Shown: in pieces, positions 21,947 through 32,317 of the stretch
Numbering within the stretch: the first letter of the stretch is position 1
Layout: each line of letters opens with the position of its first letter
From: an uncultured delta proteobacterium
GTDB lineage: Bacteria; Desulfobacterota; Binatia; UBA9968
NCBI GenBank assembly: GCA_963745035.1
Contig: CAVUVW010000023.1
Coordinates: 1-64,000, forward strand
Direction: 5' to 3'
Length of the DNA stretch: 64,000 nucleotides
Program-made: the position numbers and the translations under genes
Notes under the pieces: model-generated
Seen by the model: only the letters and a program-made list of their open reading frames with translations
Database searches by the model: none
What the model was told of the DNA's origin: nothing

Positions 21947-22321
21947 TCCGCGATCAGGGTGCCGCGCATGAACGCGTGCCCCGCTCCGCAGAGTTTCGAA
22001 CACTCGAAGATGTAGCGTCCGGGCTTCGGCGGCTGGAACGTCACCGTCGCGGTCCCTTTGCCCCGCTTGGGGATGATGATGTTGATGTCGGTGCCGAGGA
22101 TGCGGAACCCGTGGTCGGTGTCGTCGCTGCGCAGCCGGATCTCGACCGGCGCGTCGGCCTTGACGCGAAACTCCGACGGCGTGAAGCTGAACCGTTCGGC
22201 GGCGATGTCGACGACCTGCGGCTTGTCCTGGCGGTCGGCGCGCGCGGCCGGGCGGGCCGAGGCAGCCAGCCCGGTCACGACAGTCAGCAGCAGGCACAAC
22301 TGCGACGAATGAACGCGCCAT
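21943..22321 (-). CDS. Soluble CuA-type cupredoxin (COX2-like domain)
   Basis: Signal peptide; DTDHGF...CSKLCGAGHAFM. Confidence 0.85.
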
Positions 22322-22322
22322 A

Positions 22323-23478
22323 TCAGAACCACCACCCCAGTCCGATGTTCAACGAGTCGTGCGCCCTGATCACGGCGCTCCGGTTCCGGATCGCGGAATA
22401 GTCGAACTTCACCGCGATGTCGGGATCGGGCCAGTAGCTGAACCCGACGACGAAGGCGTCGCGATCGAGGCTCTTGAGCGGCAGGTATCCCGCCGGCATC
22501 CGGAACTGCGTGTCGAAATTCTCATAGCGCGCGAACACGCCCACGTCGCCGAACGAGGCGCCGGAAATGACCCGATATCCCGCTTCGCCGTAGAAGCCGC
22601 GCAGCGCGCTCGCGACGTTCGGATCGATACCGATCGCACGCCCGAGGGCGTCGTTGAGATCGGCGGCATTGCCAATCGTCGTGTGGGCGAACTGGCCGCG
22701 CAGCTCCAGCCGGTCGCGCGAGTAGCGGGCGTCGGCTTCCGTGACGGTGACGGGCACGTCGAATCTCGGGCGGAACTCGAAGCCGGAGAGCCCGCTCCAG
22801 AAACTGGCCCCGAGGGTCAGGCCGCGGACGCCGGCGTACTCCAGGCGTCCGGTGACCGCCGGCCGGCCGATGTTCGTATCGGATCCCTTCTGGCGGCCGT
22901 CGCGAATCCCCTCTTCGGCGGTGAACTTACTGGCGTTCGAGCGGCGAGGTCACGAACGTGCGGTAGCGCCAGCCGCGCCCGATCTCGCCGTGCACGCCGG
23001 CGCCCACCTCGAACCACGTCGTCGGGATGATGAACGTGTCGACAAACGGCCGCTCGACCCCGTAATAGATCGGCGGCTCGTGCCGCTCGTTGATGATGCC
23101 GACCGGCATCAGCATCATGCCGGCGCGCACGTTGAAACGGCGCGACAACAGAAAATCGACGTAGGCCTGTTCGAGCTCCAGCTCGCCCGCATCTTCCTGC
23201 CCCTCGACCAGCGCGTGTTCGACCTCCAGCTCGCTGACGAACCGGATGCGGTCGCTGAAGCGATGCGTGACCAGCAGGACAAAGCGATGGAAGTCGAGCC
23301 GCCCGTCGGCCAGCTCCGGCTTGTTGAAATGAAAGTCCATGTAGCCGGAGATCGCCGTGTCGCGTTCGGCCGGCGGCGGCGCTGGCGGGGCCGGCTGCGC
23401 GATCGCGGACGTGGCGGCGAGCAGCACCCCGGCCATCACGGTGGCGCCCTCGCGCAGTGACCGGAATACGTGTGCCAA
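22323..23478 (-). CDS. Outer-membrane beta-barrel (OprO/P-like porin), frameshifted
   Basis: SGYMDFHFN, LDFHRFVL, ELEVEH, LEQAYVD, GIINERHEP; C-terminal GWWF. Confidence 0.8.
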
Positions 23479-23489
23479 TGGTTTCAGAA

Positions 23490-23526
23490 TGTAGCTGAGA
23501 CTACACCTGTGACGGCGTGCTGTCAA
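23490..23526 (-). promoter_or_regulatory. Sigma70 promoter overlapped by MntR-type operator
   Basis: Minus strand TTGACA-N17-TAGTCT; dyad TGTAGC-TGAG-ACTACA (23490-23505) covers the -10. Confidence 0.7.
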
Positions 23527-23568
23527 ACCGGTTCAACCCGGTCGGAACGTGCGGTATGCTGAACGCGC

Positions 23569-24008
23569 ATGAAACGACGGGCAGCCGCCGTGCGGACCGC
23601 GGAACTCCAGGCGCGGGCGCTGCGGCAGACGCGGCGCAAGCATTCGCTGGAGACGGCCGAGGATTACGTCGAGGCCATCGCCGAGCTGACCGAGAGCATC
23701 GGCGAGGCGCGCGCCGTCGATCTCGCCCGGCGGCTCGGCGTGTCGCACGTGACGGTGATCCGTACCGTCGCGCGGCTGCAAGCGCGACGGCTACACGTCG
23801 AGTCAGCCCTATCGCGCCATCTTCCTGACCGCCCGGGGCGCCCGGCTGGCGAAGCGTTCGCGCGAACGCCACGCACCTGGTCGTCGATTTCCTGCGCTCG
23901 CTCGGCATTCCCGAGACCGTCGTGCAGGAAGACGCGGAGGGGATCGAGCACCACGTCAGCGCCGAAACGCTGCAGGCGTTCAAGCGCCACATCGGGCGGC
24001 AGAAATGA
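23569..24008 (+). CDS. mntR: Mn-dependent transcriptional regulator, E. coli MntR type (frameshifted)
   Basis: EDYVEAI...GEARAVDLARRLGVSH...SRERH...DAEGIEHHVS. Confidence 0.85.
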
Positions 24009-24023
24009 GCGCCCGCGCCGGCG

Positions 24024-24700
24024 TCAGCCGATGCCCTGCACCAGCACTTTCGAGGCGGCGCGCGTCCCGATCGTGATGGCGCGCTCGCTGCCTGCCGCGC
24101 AGGCGCACGCTGTCGGCCGCCGGGTCGCGATCCTCGACCTCCACGACGTCGCCCGGCTTCAGCTCCCGCCGCTCCACGAACCGCAGGAACTCCGGGTCCT
24201 GATCCGTGACCCGGCTGATGGTGACCGGCACGTTCAACGGACACGTCAGCAGCGTTTCCAGCGGCCGCCGCTCCAGCACGCCGGCCTGATCCGGAATCGG
24301 GTCGCCATGTGGATCCGCCGCCGGCCGGCCCAGCATCTCGTCGATCCGATCGATCAGCCGATCGGATACGGCATGTTCGAGGTGCTCGGCCTCTTCGTGC
24401 ACCTCGGTCCAGCTCATGCCCATCACCTTGACCAGGAACAGTTCGATCAGCCGGTGCCGCCGGACCACCATCGCGGCCAGGCGTTCTCCGGACGCCGTCA
24501 GCCGGACGCCGGCGTAGGGCTGGGACTTGACGAGGCCGGACTCGGCCAGCGCCTTGACCATCGTGGTGGCCGTCCCAGGGACGACGCCGAGCGCCGATGG
24601 CGAGCTGCCCCATCGGCACCAGGTCTCCCTTGCGGGCCAGGTGCAGCTGGGCCTGGAAAATCGCCTTCAGGTAGTTCTCGACGGTCGAGGAGGCCGAGGG
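24024..24700 (-). CDS. DtxR/IdeR-family metal-dependent repressor with FeoA domain; start at or cut by the junction
   Basis: STVENYLKAI, RRHRLIELFL, VHEEAEHLEHAVS, DPHGDPIP. Confidence 0.85.
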
Positions 24701-24730
24701 CCATTTGACTTATGATGGGTTCCGTTGATT
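24695..24730. other. Compositional break, probable chimeric junction between two genomes
   Basis: Abrupt GC and codon-style shift; gene starts disrupted on both sides. Confidence 0.8.
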
Positions 24731-25136
24731 GGCCCAGCCTGCCAAGAACCATCGCTTAAAAGACGGAGTGGCCCTACAGTCAGTACGCGGCAGTTATCAG
24801 GTGATACAGGGAGATCGAGAAATATTCGTAGTCACCGGGATAGCGATGAATCAGAATCCAGTCGTCATTCGGGAAGTTCGCATCGGTGGTGAAACCTATA
24901 GCTCGGAGGAAAAATCCATCGAGCAACAGCACATGTGGATAGGCAATGCAATTTCGCCGAAGATCATCCGGGGTATGACCGCACAAGATATCGCGGATTT
25001 GCAGCGTTTAAAGCCGTTAAAGAGTTTCGAAATCCCGCCCGGCGATTCCGCACCTTTCACGATTGTGTTTTTAAAGCCGGCGAAAGCAGTGAAAAATTTT
25101 ACCTGCACCGTCTTAGCAGCTGAAGAAGAGACCTAA
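24710..25136 (+). CDS. DUF3426-like protein, C-terminal fragment
   Basis: IFVVTGIAMNQNP...EIPPGDSAPFTIVF; no N-terminus. Confidence 0.55.
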
Positions 25137-25137
25137 G

Positions 25138-25335
25138 CTAAGGCTTTTCGACGGGACTTTCCTTATTCGTGGCTTCCTTGGGCGTGATGTCGATCTCATC
25201 TGAGTCCTTCAAAGATTTGCGGAATCTTCGAACACCTTTACCCAAACTATCACCCAAGTCAGGCAGGCGTCGGCTAAACAGGATCATGAGGATGATAAGA
25301 ACAATGACCAATTCTCCGAGCCCTAGACCAAACAT
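25138..25335 (-). CDS. tatA: Twin-arginine translocase TatA/E
   Basis: MFGLGLGELVIVLII...RLPDLGDSLGKGVRRFRK. Confidence 0.85.
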   Translation of the reverse strand: MFGLGLGELVIVLIILMILFSRRLPDLGDSLGKGVRRFRKSLKDSDEIDITPKEATNKESPVEKP

Positions 25336-25429
25336 ACATCCTCCATTTCTGCTTGGCATTATTTCACGAATGGCTCGCATTGCAACTACAAGATTTGCTA
25401 GGCAAACGTTCCTGCAGTAACATACGACT

Positions 25430-26250
25430 GTGGAATTCTTCCATCGACGATTGGCGGGCTTCTTTGCCGCATCTTTAGCGATCCACATAGCGGTCCTGCT
25501 GGTCTGGTCGCGAACTTCCACCCGCTCGCTTGCGCAGGAAAAAATTAGCGTCTCGCTGCTTCCAACCGCAAAAGAAGAACCAAAACTCCGGCAGCGAAAC
25601 ACCCTCCAAGCTACCATCGGAGGCGCCTAGTCGACTCTCTAGACATCCGGCAATTGTCGCTAGAAACAATTCACTGGAAGCAAGAGCGGTGACGTCTAAA
25701 CCTTTGAGGGCGCCAAAAGAAACAACCGATGTAACGGAACCGCAAGAAATAAAGAAAGAGACAAAGCCTGAGCCGGCGCCAGTGAAGGACGCAGCGCCGC
25801 CGCGAGAGACTGTTGAAGAAAATTTCGCTATAACCGAGCGTAGGCTGCCTACGGTGCAGGAGTTATTACCGCCCGCAACTTGGTCATCGCCCGCTAGCAA
25901 GTCGGGATGCAGCGATCGAACTGAATACAAGAGACCCGCAATACATTACTTATTTCAACAGCATTAAGCGTAGCATCGAGTTCGTTTGGGAGTACCCTGA
26001 AGCTGCGCTCCGGTACGGCTTACAGGGAAAACTACTGCTGCAATTTACGATTTTGGATAATGGACAGTTGGAAAGCATGCAGATCATCCGTTCGTCAGGG
26101 TCGAATGTGCTTGATCACGAAGCTTTGCGCGCGATGAAGGCGGCGGCACCGTTCAGACCGATACCGCCCTGGATCGACAAAAAAAAACTTACGATCACGG
26201 CCAGTTTCGAATACCTCGACAACCGGCTTAACTACCGGCTGATGCCCTAA
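25430..26250 (+). CDS. TonB C-terminal domain protein (frameshifted)
   Basis: ASLAIH TM anchor; WEYPEAA; RSSGSNVLDHEALRAMKAAAPF. Confidence 0.75.
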
Positions 26251-26328
26251 ACTCTCGCCCGGATGGGTTCGTAGAAAAATCACCGGGAGGCTTTTCAACT
26301 ACAAGCACGCACACCCAACACAATTCCT

Positions 26329-27840
26329 TCAGTCTTCCATCGCGGTCGGCCCCCAGCGAAGCACCGGTTTTCTTGCGGCCTTCGCTTCATCGAGGCGACG
26401 AACTGGAGTCGTATAGGGAGCATTCTTTACCAGATCCGGAGTCTCGCGAGCCTCCCGCGCAATCGCGATCATCGCTTCTATGAACCGATCGAGAGTTTCG
26501 GGCGTCTCGGTTTCGGTCGGTTCAATCATCAACGCTCCCGAGACAACCAAGGGGAAATAAATCGTTGGCGGGTGAAATCCGTAATCGAGCAACCGCTTGG
26601 CGATATCCAGAGTTGAGACGCCATTTTTGTGTTGCAGGCGGTCGGTAAAAATACATTCGTGCATGCACGGTTCGTTGTATGCAAGCTGATAATATTTTTC
26701 CAACTTGCTCCTGATGTAATTGGCATTGAGCAGCGCTACCCGACTGGTTTCTTCCAGACCGTTGCCGCCGAGCGCTAGAATATAGGCATACGCTCGCACC
26801 AGCACACCAAAGTTGCCGAAAAACGATCGTACACGGCCAATCGATGCCGGCCTGTCCTCGACTACCTCAAAGCCACTCGCGGTTTTTTCGATCCGCGGCG
26901 TCGGTAAAAAATCACGCAGGAACCTTTTTACCGCCACCGGGCCCGCACCCGGCCCGCCACCACCGTGCGGCGTCGAAAAGGTTTTGTGCAGATTCATATG
27001 AAGCACATCGACCCCCATATGTCCCGGTTTGGCAATCCCCATTAATGCGTTTAAGTTAGCGCCGTCCAAGTAGACCAAGCCGCCTTTGCCGTGAACGACC
27101 TCGGCAATGGCTGCGATATTTTTCTCGAATAGCCCCAGGGTGTTTGGGTTGGTGACCATCAACGCGGCGACATCATCGTCCATGGCGTCGGCCACCGCCG
27201 CGGGAGCAATTACCCCCTGTTCGTTGGATGAAATTTGCAGCACGTCATAGCCGCAGAGTGCGGAACTCGCCGGATTCGTACCATGCGCGGTATCGGGAAC
27301 GATGATCTTCTTGCGCGGATTTCCCTGAGCCGAAAGATACGCACGGATCAACATCAAACCGGTCAACTCACCTTGTGCGCCCGCAGACGGCTGCAGACTT
27401 ACATCATCCATTCCGCCGATCTCGGCGAGCATCTGCTCGAGACTGTAGAGCAACTCAAGCGCTCCCTGTATCAATGTTGCCGGCGCCAGCGGATGAACCA
27501 GCGAAAAGCCCGGATAGCGCGCCACCACTTCGTTGACTTTCGGATTGTACTTCATGGTACAGGAACCGAGCGGATAAAACTGGCTTTCGATGGCGTAATT
27601 GCGTTGCGATAATCGTGTAAAATGACGCAGCACCTCGAGCTCACTCATCTCTGGGAACCCGGCAATGTCTTCACGCAAATATTCCTGAGGAATATTGTTC
27701 GAGACCGCCGGTGTTTTCTCAGGCCATAAAAGGGCGGTCCTTCCGGGCGAACCGCTCTCGAAGAGTAGTCGGGGAGATACTTTTGGATTCGGCGGATTAC
27801 TCTGATATGGCGTGGACAAGGCGATCGATCCCTTCTCCAT
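26329..27840 (-). CDS. gcvPB: Glycine dehydrogenase subunit 2
   Basis: YPLGSCTMKYNP, AHGTNPAS, NLHKTFSTPHGGGGPG. Confidence 0.95.
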   Translation of the reverse strand: MEKGSIALSTPYQSNPPNPKVSPRLLFESGSPGRTALLWPEKTPAVSNNIPQEYLREDIAGFPEMSELEVLRHFTRLSQRNYAIESQFYPLGSCTMKYNPKVNEVVARYPGFSLVHPLAPATLIQGALELLYSLEQMLAEIGGMDDVSLQPSAGAQGELTGLMLIRAYLSAQGNPRKKIIVPDTAHGTNPASSALCGYDVLQISSNEQGVIAPAAVADAMDDDVAALMVTNPNTLGLFEKNIAAIAEVVHGKGGLVYLDGANLNALMGIAKPGHMGVDVLHMNLHKTFSTPHGGGGPGAGPVAVKRFLRDFLPTPRIEKTASGFEVVEDRPASIGRVRSFFGNFGVLVRAYAYILALGGNGLEETSRVALLNANYIRSKLEKYYQLAYNEPCMHECIFTDRLQHKNGVSTLDIAKRLLDYGFHPPTIYFPLVVSGALMIEPTETETPETLDRFIEAMIAIAREARETPDLVKNAPYTTPVRRLDEAKAARKPVLRWGPTAMED

Positions 27841-29145
27841 CGTTCATCTCGGTGACACAAACAAGCAAGCAATCCGGTAGCTCGGGATACCATCTCGCCA
27901 AAGAAATTCCGGGGATAATTTTTTGCGCTGAACAATGACGCATGATCTCGTCGAGCGGTTTTCCCCTGACGACAAATTCATTAAAAAACGGGGCCGTGAA
28001 GCAATTCTCCACCTTGGTCTCCGCCAGCAAACGTTCATAAGCTTGATGAGCACGCGCTACATTTACTTCCGCCACGCGACGCATGCCAGTCCTTCCCAAA
28101 AAGGCCATGTAAACAGTCGCGGCCGTCGTGCATAGCGTTTGGCTGGTGCAAATATTCGGATGTCGCCCTTTCGCGGCGGATGTGTTGCTCCCGCGTCGCC
28201 AAAGTTAAAACATAGCCCCGGCTGCCCTCGGTATCGACGGTCTCGCCGACGAGCCTGCCCGGCAGGTTACGCATAAATTTTCGCTGGGTGGCGAAAAAAC
28301 CAAACCCAGGCGCCCCAAGCGACATCGGTACACCTAAGCTTTGCCCTTCGCCAACAGCTATGTCGACGCCAAACGTTCCGGGCGGCTTGAGCACCCCAAA
28401 AGCCAGAGGTTCCGTGGTTGCGGTGATCAGCTGGGCACCGGCGCGGTCACAGAGCTCACGCAACGGCGCTAAGTTTTCAATCACTCCGAAGAAGTTGGGA
28501 TAACCCACAACGACGCACATCGTATGATCGCTCAACAGCCGCTCTAGTTGATCAATATCGGTAGCGCCGCTAGCGTCAAAAGGAATTTCTTCCAAGCTAA
28601 GGTCGGTGAGATTGCGCAGATAAGTGGCAACGACGGCGCGATACTGCGGGTGAAGCGCGCGGGAGACCAGAACCCGCCGACGCTTCGACGGTTGGATGCG
28701 CCGTGTCATGAGAACCGCTTCCGCCGCTGCGGAGGCGCCATCATAAACTCCGGCGTTGGAGACTTCCATCCCGGTGATCTGGCAAATCAAGGTCTGGTAT
28801 TCGAACAGCACCTGCAACGTACCCTGGCTCACTTCCGGCTGGTACGGAGTATAGGATGTCGAGAACTCCGAGCGTGAAATAATCGCATCGACAGCGCTCG
28901 GAATGAAATGATGATAAATGCCGCCCGCCTAGATATAGATCCCATTCATCGGCCGCGGCGTTTTTGGCTGCCAGCCGGGCGAGCTGTTGGCGGACTGTTA
29001 ATTCACTGGCGCCGTCCGGCAAATTGATCTTGGCCGTCGAATGCAAATTCTGAGGGACATGGCGGAATAGATCTTCTATACTGTGGAGTCCTATGGCCTC
29101 GAGCATTCGTTTTTTGTCGGCCTCGGTGTGCGGCGTGTAGCTCAT
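27797..29145 (-). CDS. gcvPA: Glycine dehydrogenase subunit 1 (frameshifts)
   Basis: MSYTPHTEAD, YTPYQPE.SQGTLQ, YDGASA, TREQHIRRERATS. Confidence 0.95.
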
Positions 29146-29497
29146 ATGGTGAGATTATGCGTATTCCTCGGCGCTCATCGGATCTTTCAGCGTGTAGCTC
29201 ATATGGTGAAATTATGCGTATTCCTCGGCGCTCATCGGATCTTTCAGCGTGTAGCTCATATGGTGAGATTATGCGTATTCCTCTGACGCTCATCGGATCT
29301 TCAGCGTGTAGCTCATATGGTGAGATTGATGCGTATTCCTCGGCGCTCATCGGATCTTCAGCGTGCAGCTCATATGGTGAAATTATGCGTATCCTCGCCG
29401 CTCATCGGATCTTTAAGCGTGTAGCTCATATGGTGAAATTATGCGTATTCCTCGGCGCTCATCGGATCTTTAAGCGTGCAGTTCATACCGGAGATTA
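29133..29497 (-). repeat. 57-bp tandem array, 6 full units plus a partial unit
   Basis: Unit starts at 29133, 29190, 29247, 29304, 29361, 29417, 29474. Confidence 0.95.
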
Positions 29498-29932
29498 TTC
29501 CTCCTCCTCGTCATCGTCTTCGGCTTCCTCGTCCTCCTCATCCTCTTCCTTTTGCTGCTCAATATATTCAGCGTATTCCTCGGCAGTCATCAGGTCCTTT
29601 AGGTCGTCCATGTCTTGCATCTCAACCCGAATCATCCAGCCGTCTCCATAGGCATCATCGTTGATGGTTTCAGGGCTGTCAGGAAGCGAGTCGTTGACTT
29701 CCAACACAGTCCCGCTGACCGGCGCATAGACGTCCGAAACCGCTTTCACCGATTCGACTGCGCCGAAAGGATCGTCTTTTACGATCTTTTCACCGATCTC
29801 CGGTAACTCGACGAAAACGATATCCCCTAGCTCCTCTTGAGCGTATTCGGTGATACCGATCGTTGCTGTCTTACCTTCGACCAAAACCCATTCGTGTTCT
29901 TTTGAGTATCTGAGTCCCTCAGGTATCTCCAT
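29495..29932 (-). CDS. gcvH: Glycine cleavage H protein with acidic tail
   Basis: [16 protein letters not shown] lipoyl-Lys motif. Confidence 0.95.
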   Translation of the reverse strand: MEIPEGLRYSKEHEWVLVEGKTATIGITEYAQEELGDIVFVELPEIGEKIVKDDPFGAVESVKAVSDVYAPVSGTVLEVNDSLPDSPETINDDAYGDGWMIRVEMQDMDDLKDLMTAEEYAEYIEQQKEEDEEDEEAEDDDEEEE

Positions 29933-29963
29933 GACCTTCCTCCTTACACTTGCCGGGGCCCTG

Positions 29964-31042
29964 TCAATGCCGGTAAAACGGCAACGGCACTACCTTGGCG
30001 TGAACTGATTTGTTACGAATTTCAACATCAAGTATATTTTCGGTGCAGGCTTCTTCCGCGGCCACATACGCAAGTGCAATCGACCGACCCAAGCTCGGCG
30101 ATCGCGTGCCGCTCGTCACTCTGCCGATACAACGTTGATCCTTAAACAACCGATGCTCACTGCGCGCGATGCCCGGCTCGATCAGCTCCAAACCAACGAG
30201 CTTGCGTTTCACGCCTTCTTGTTTCTGCCTTAGCAAGACTTCACAACCGATGAAAGAGCCTTTTGCAAATTTCACTACCCAGTCTAATCCTGCCTCTAAG
30301 GGAGTCGTGCCGTCATCGAGCTCATGACCATAAAGCGGATAAGCCTTCTCCAAACGCAAGGTGTCGCGCGCCCCGAGCCCTACCGGCACTAAACCCACCG
30401 GAGAACCTGGTCGAGTAGATCGTCCCACATTTTCTGCGCGTCATTGGATTGGCAATAGAGCTCGAACCCGACCTCGCCAGTATAACCCGTGCGCGCCATC
30501 AAACATCGCTTCCCCGCGAGTTCGCTCTGGGCAAAATAGAATGATTTCATTCCTGCTAAATTGATCGGAGTTAAGGGCTGCAAAATTTTTTCGGCCAGCG
30601 GTCCCTGTAATGCCAACTGCGCATAGTCTCCACTGACATTTTCGACTTCAACGTCCCCGGTCGCATGGTCCCGCAGCCATTGGAAATCCTTGTCGGTATT
30701 AGACGCATTGACGCAAATGAAAAAATCCCCCGACTGCCGCTTGTAGAATATGACGTCATCGACGACGCCGCCCTGGTCATTGAGAAGTAAGTTGTATTGA
30801 GCTTGAGATACTTTTATCCGGGAGAGATCGTTGGCCGTAAGCCTCTGGCAGAGAGCTTCGGCTCCGGTGCCGCGCACTTCAATCTCGCCCATATGGCTGA
30901 CGTCGAAAAGCCCGGCGCGGCTGCGTACCGCCAGATGTTCCGCAATCACACCGCTGTATTGCACAGGCATCTCCCAGCCGGCAAAGTCAACCATGCGGGC
31001 GCCAGCTCGGCGATGAGCGGCGTATAATGGAGTTCTTTTCAT
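29964..31042 (-). CDS. gcvT: Aminomethyltransferase (frameshift ~30410)
   Basis: [35 protein letters not shown]. Confidence 0.95.
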
Positions 31043-31081
31043 CGATCGCGACAAGAAGCGGACGCTGCAAGCTGAGTGAGA

Positions 31082-31942
31082 TTAACGTTCGCGCTGGATG
31101 GAATCCTTGGCCGCCTTCAAAGTGTTATACAGCAGCATGCAAATGGTCATTGGACCGACTCCTCCCGGAACCGGCGTGATCGCGGAGGCTCGTTCCTTGG
31201 CGGTCTCGAATTCCACGTCACCGGTGAGTTTGCCGCTTGGCAAGCGATTGACACCGACATCGATGACCACGGCTCCAGGTTTGATCCAATCGCCACGGAC
31301 TAAGCCGGCTTTCCCAATAGCGACGACCAAAATATCCGCCCGGCCGACTTCGTCCCGCAGGTTGACGGTCCGAGAATGACAAATTGTCACGGTAGCATGC
31401 TTTTCAAGCAGCATCAGAGCTAGTGGTTTTCCGACGATGTTGCTGCGGCCGACGACGACAGCGTTTTTACCCTTGAGAGTGCAACCCGTCGCCTCCAGAA
31501 GTTTAATAACGCCCATCGGCGTGCACGGCCTAAAACCGTCGGCGCCGATCAGTAACATTCCTTGGCTTACCGGGTGAAAACCATCGACGTCTTTGTACGG
31601 AGATACCGCTTCGAGAATCCTTTCCGAACGGATGTGAGCGGGAAGCGGCAGTTGAACTAGAATGCCATGAACATTTTTATCCTTGTTCAGACTGTGCACC
31701 AGAGCAAGCAGTTCCTTTTCTGAAATCGTCGCGGGAAGCAGATGTTCAAAGGATCTGATTCCGACTTCTTTACAGGCCCGCTCTTTATTTTTGACATAGA
31801 TATGTGATCCCGGGTCATCTCCCACCAACACAACAGCCAGTCCTGGTGCCATCCCCCAACGCCGCTCGAGCCCGTAAACTTCTTCCTTGATTTGTTTTTG
31901 AACCTCTTTGGCCACGGCCTTACCTTCAATGATCAGTGCCAT
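31082..31942 (-). CDS. folD: Methylenetetrahydrofolate dehydrogenase/cyclohydrolase
   Basis: [32 protein letters not shown]. Confidence 0.95.
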   Translation of the reverse strand: MALIIEGKAVAKEVQKQIKEEVYGLERRWGMAPGLAVVLVGDDPGSHIYVKNKERACKEVGIRSFEHLLPATISEKELLALVHSLNKDKNVHGILVQLPLPAHIRSERILEAVSPYKDVDGFHPVSQGMLLIGADGFRPCTPMGVIKLLEATGCTLKGKNAVVVGRSNIVGKPLALMLLEKHATVTICHSRTVNLRDEVGRADILVVAIGKAGLVRGDWIKPGAVVIDVGVNRLPSGKLTGDVEFETAKERASAITPVPGGVGPMTICMLLYNTLKAAKDSIQRER

Positions 31943-32317
31943 GCCTACCTCTTGCGGGCTTGAAAATGTAAAGGAGAAAAAAACATTTTGGAGAAGCGAC
32001 TTTCTATTGGCATGCCACGCACAAAGCCAAAGGTCAACCCTAATGGAGAGTCCTTGCCCGGAAAAGCTGCAGCAAAATTTAGAATTTGCAGGTTTCTGTG
32101 CTACTTCAACGTGCACCTGGTGTGTGATCAAGGCGGATGGACAAGCCATGCTCCGATTTTCATCCGTCAGAAGTTTACATTCGGCCCGCCAATGATCGCG
32201 CGCACACGGCCCTTGCTCATGCGGTGCAGAGAAACGATTGCATTTATGCCTCAGGCCGATCTATGTTTGTCGAACAGCTTTGATCACCGGTCAATACCGC
32301 AATTGGCGAGGAGATTT

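Noticed and set aside
24695-24730. Genomic island or prophage boundary
   Set aside because: No integrase, att repeat or tRNA, and core genes lie on both sides; a chimera is more parsimonious.
29133-29497. CRISPR array
   Set aside because: Units are head-to-tail with no unique spacers, derive from the flanking gcv genes, and no cas genes are present.
32040-32095. Glycine riboswitch upstream of folD-gcv (GGAGAG...GCAGG)
   Set aside because: It is on the wrong strand for the operon and lacks the CCGAAG/CTCAGG core.
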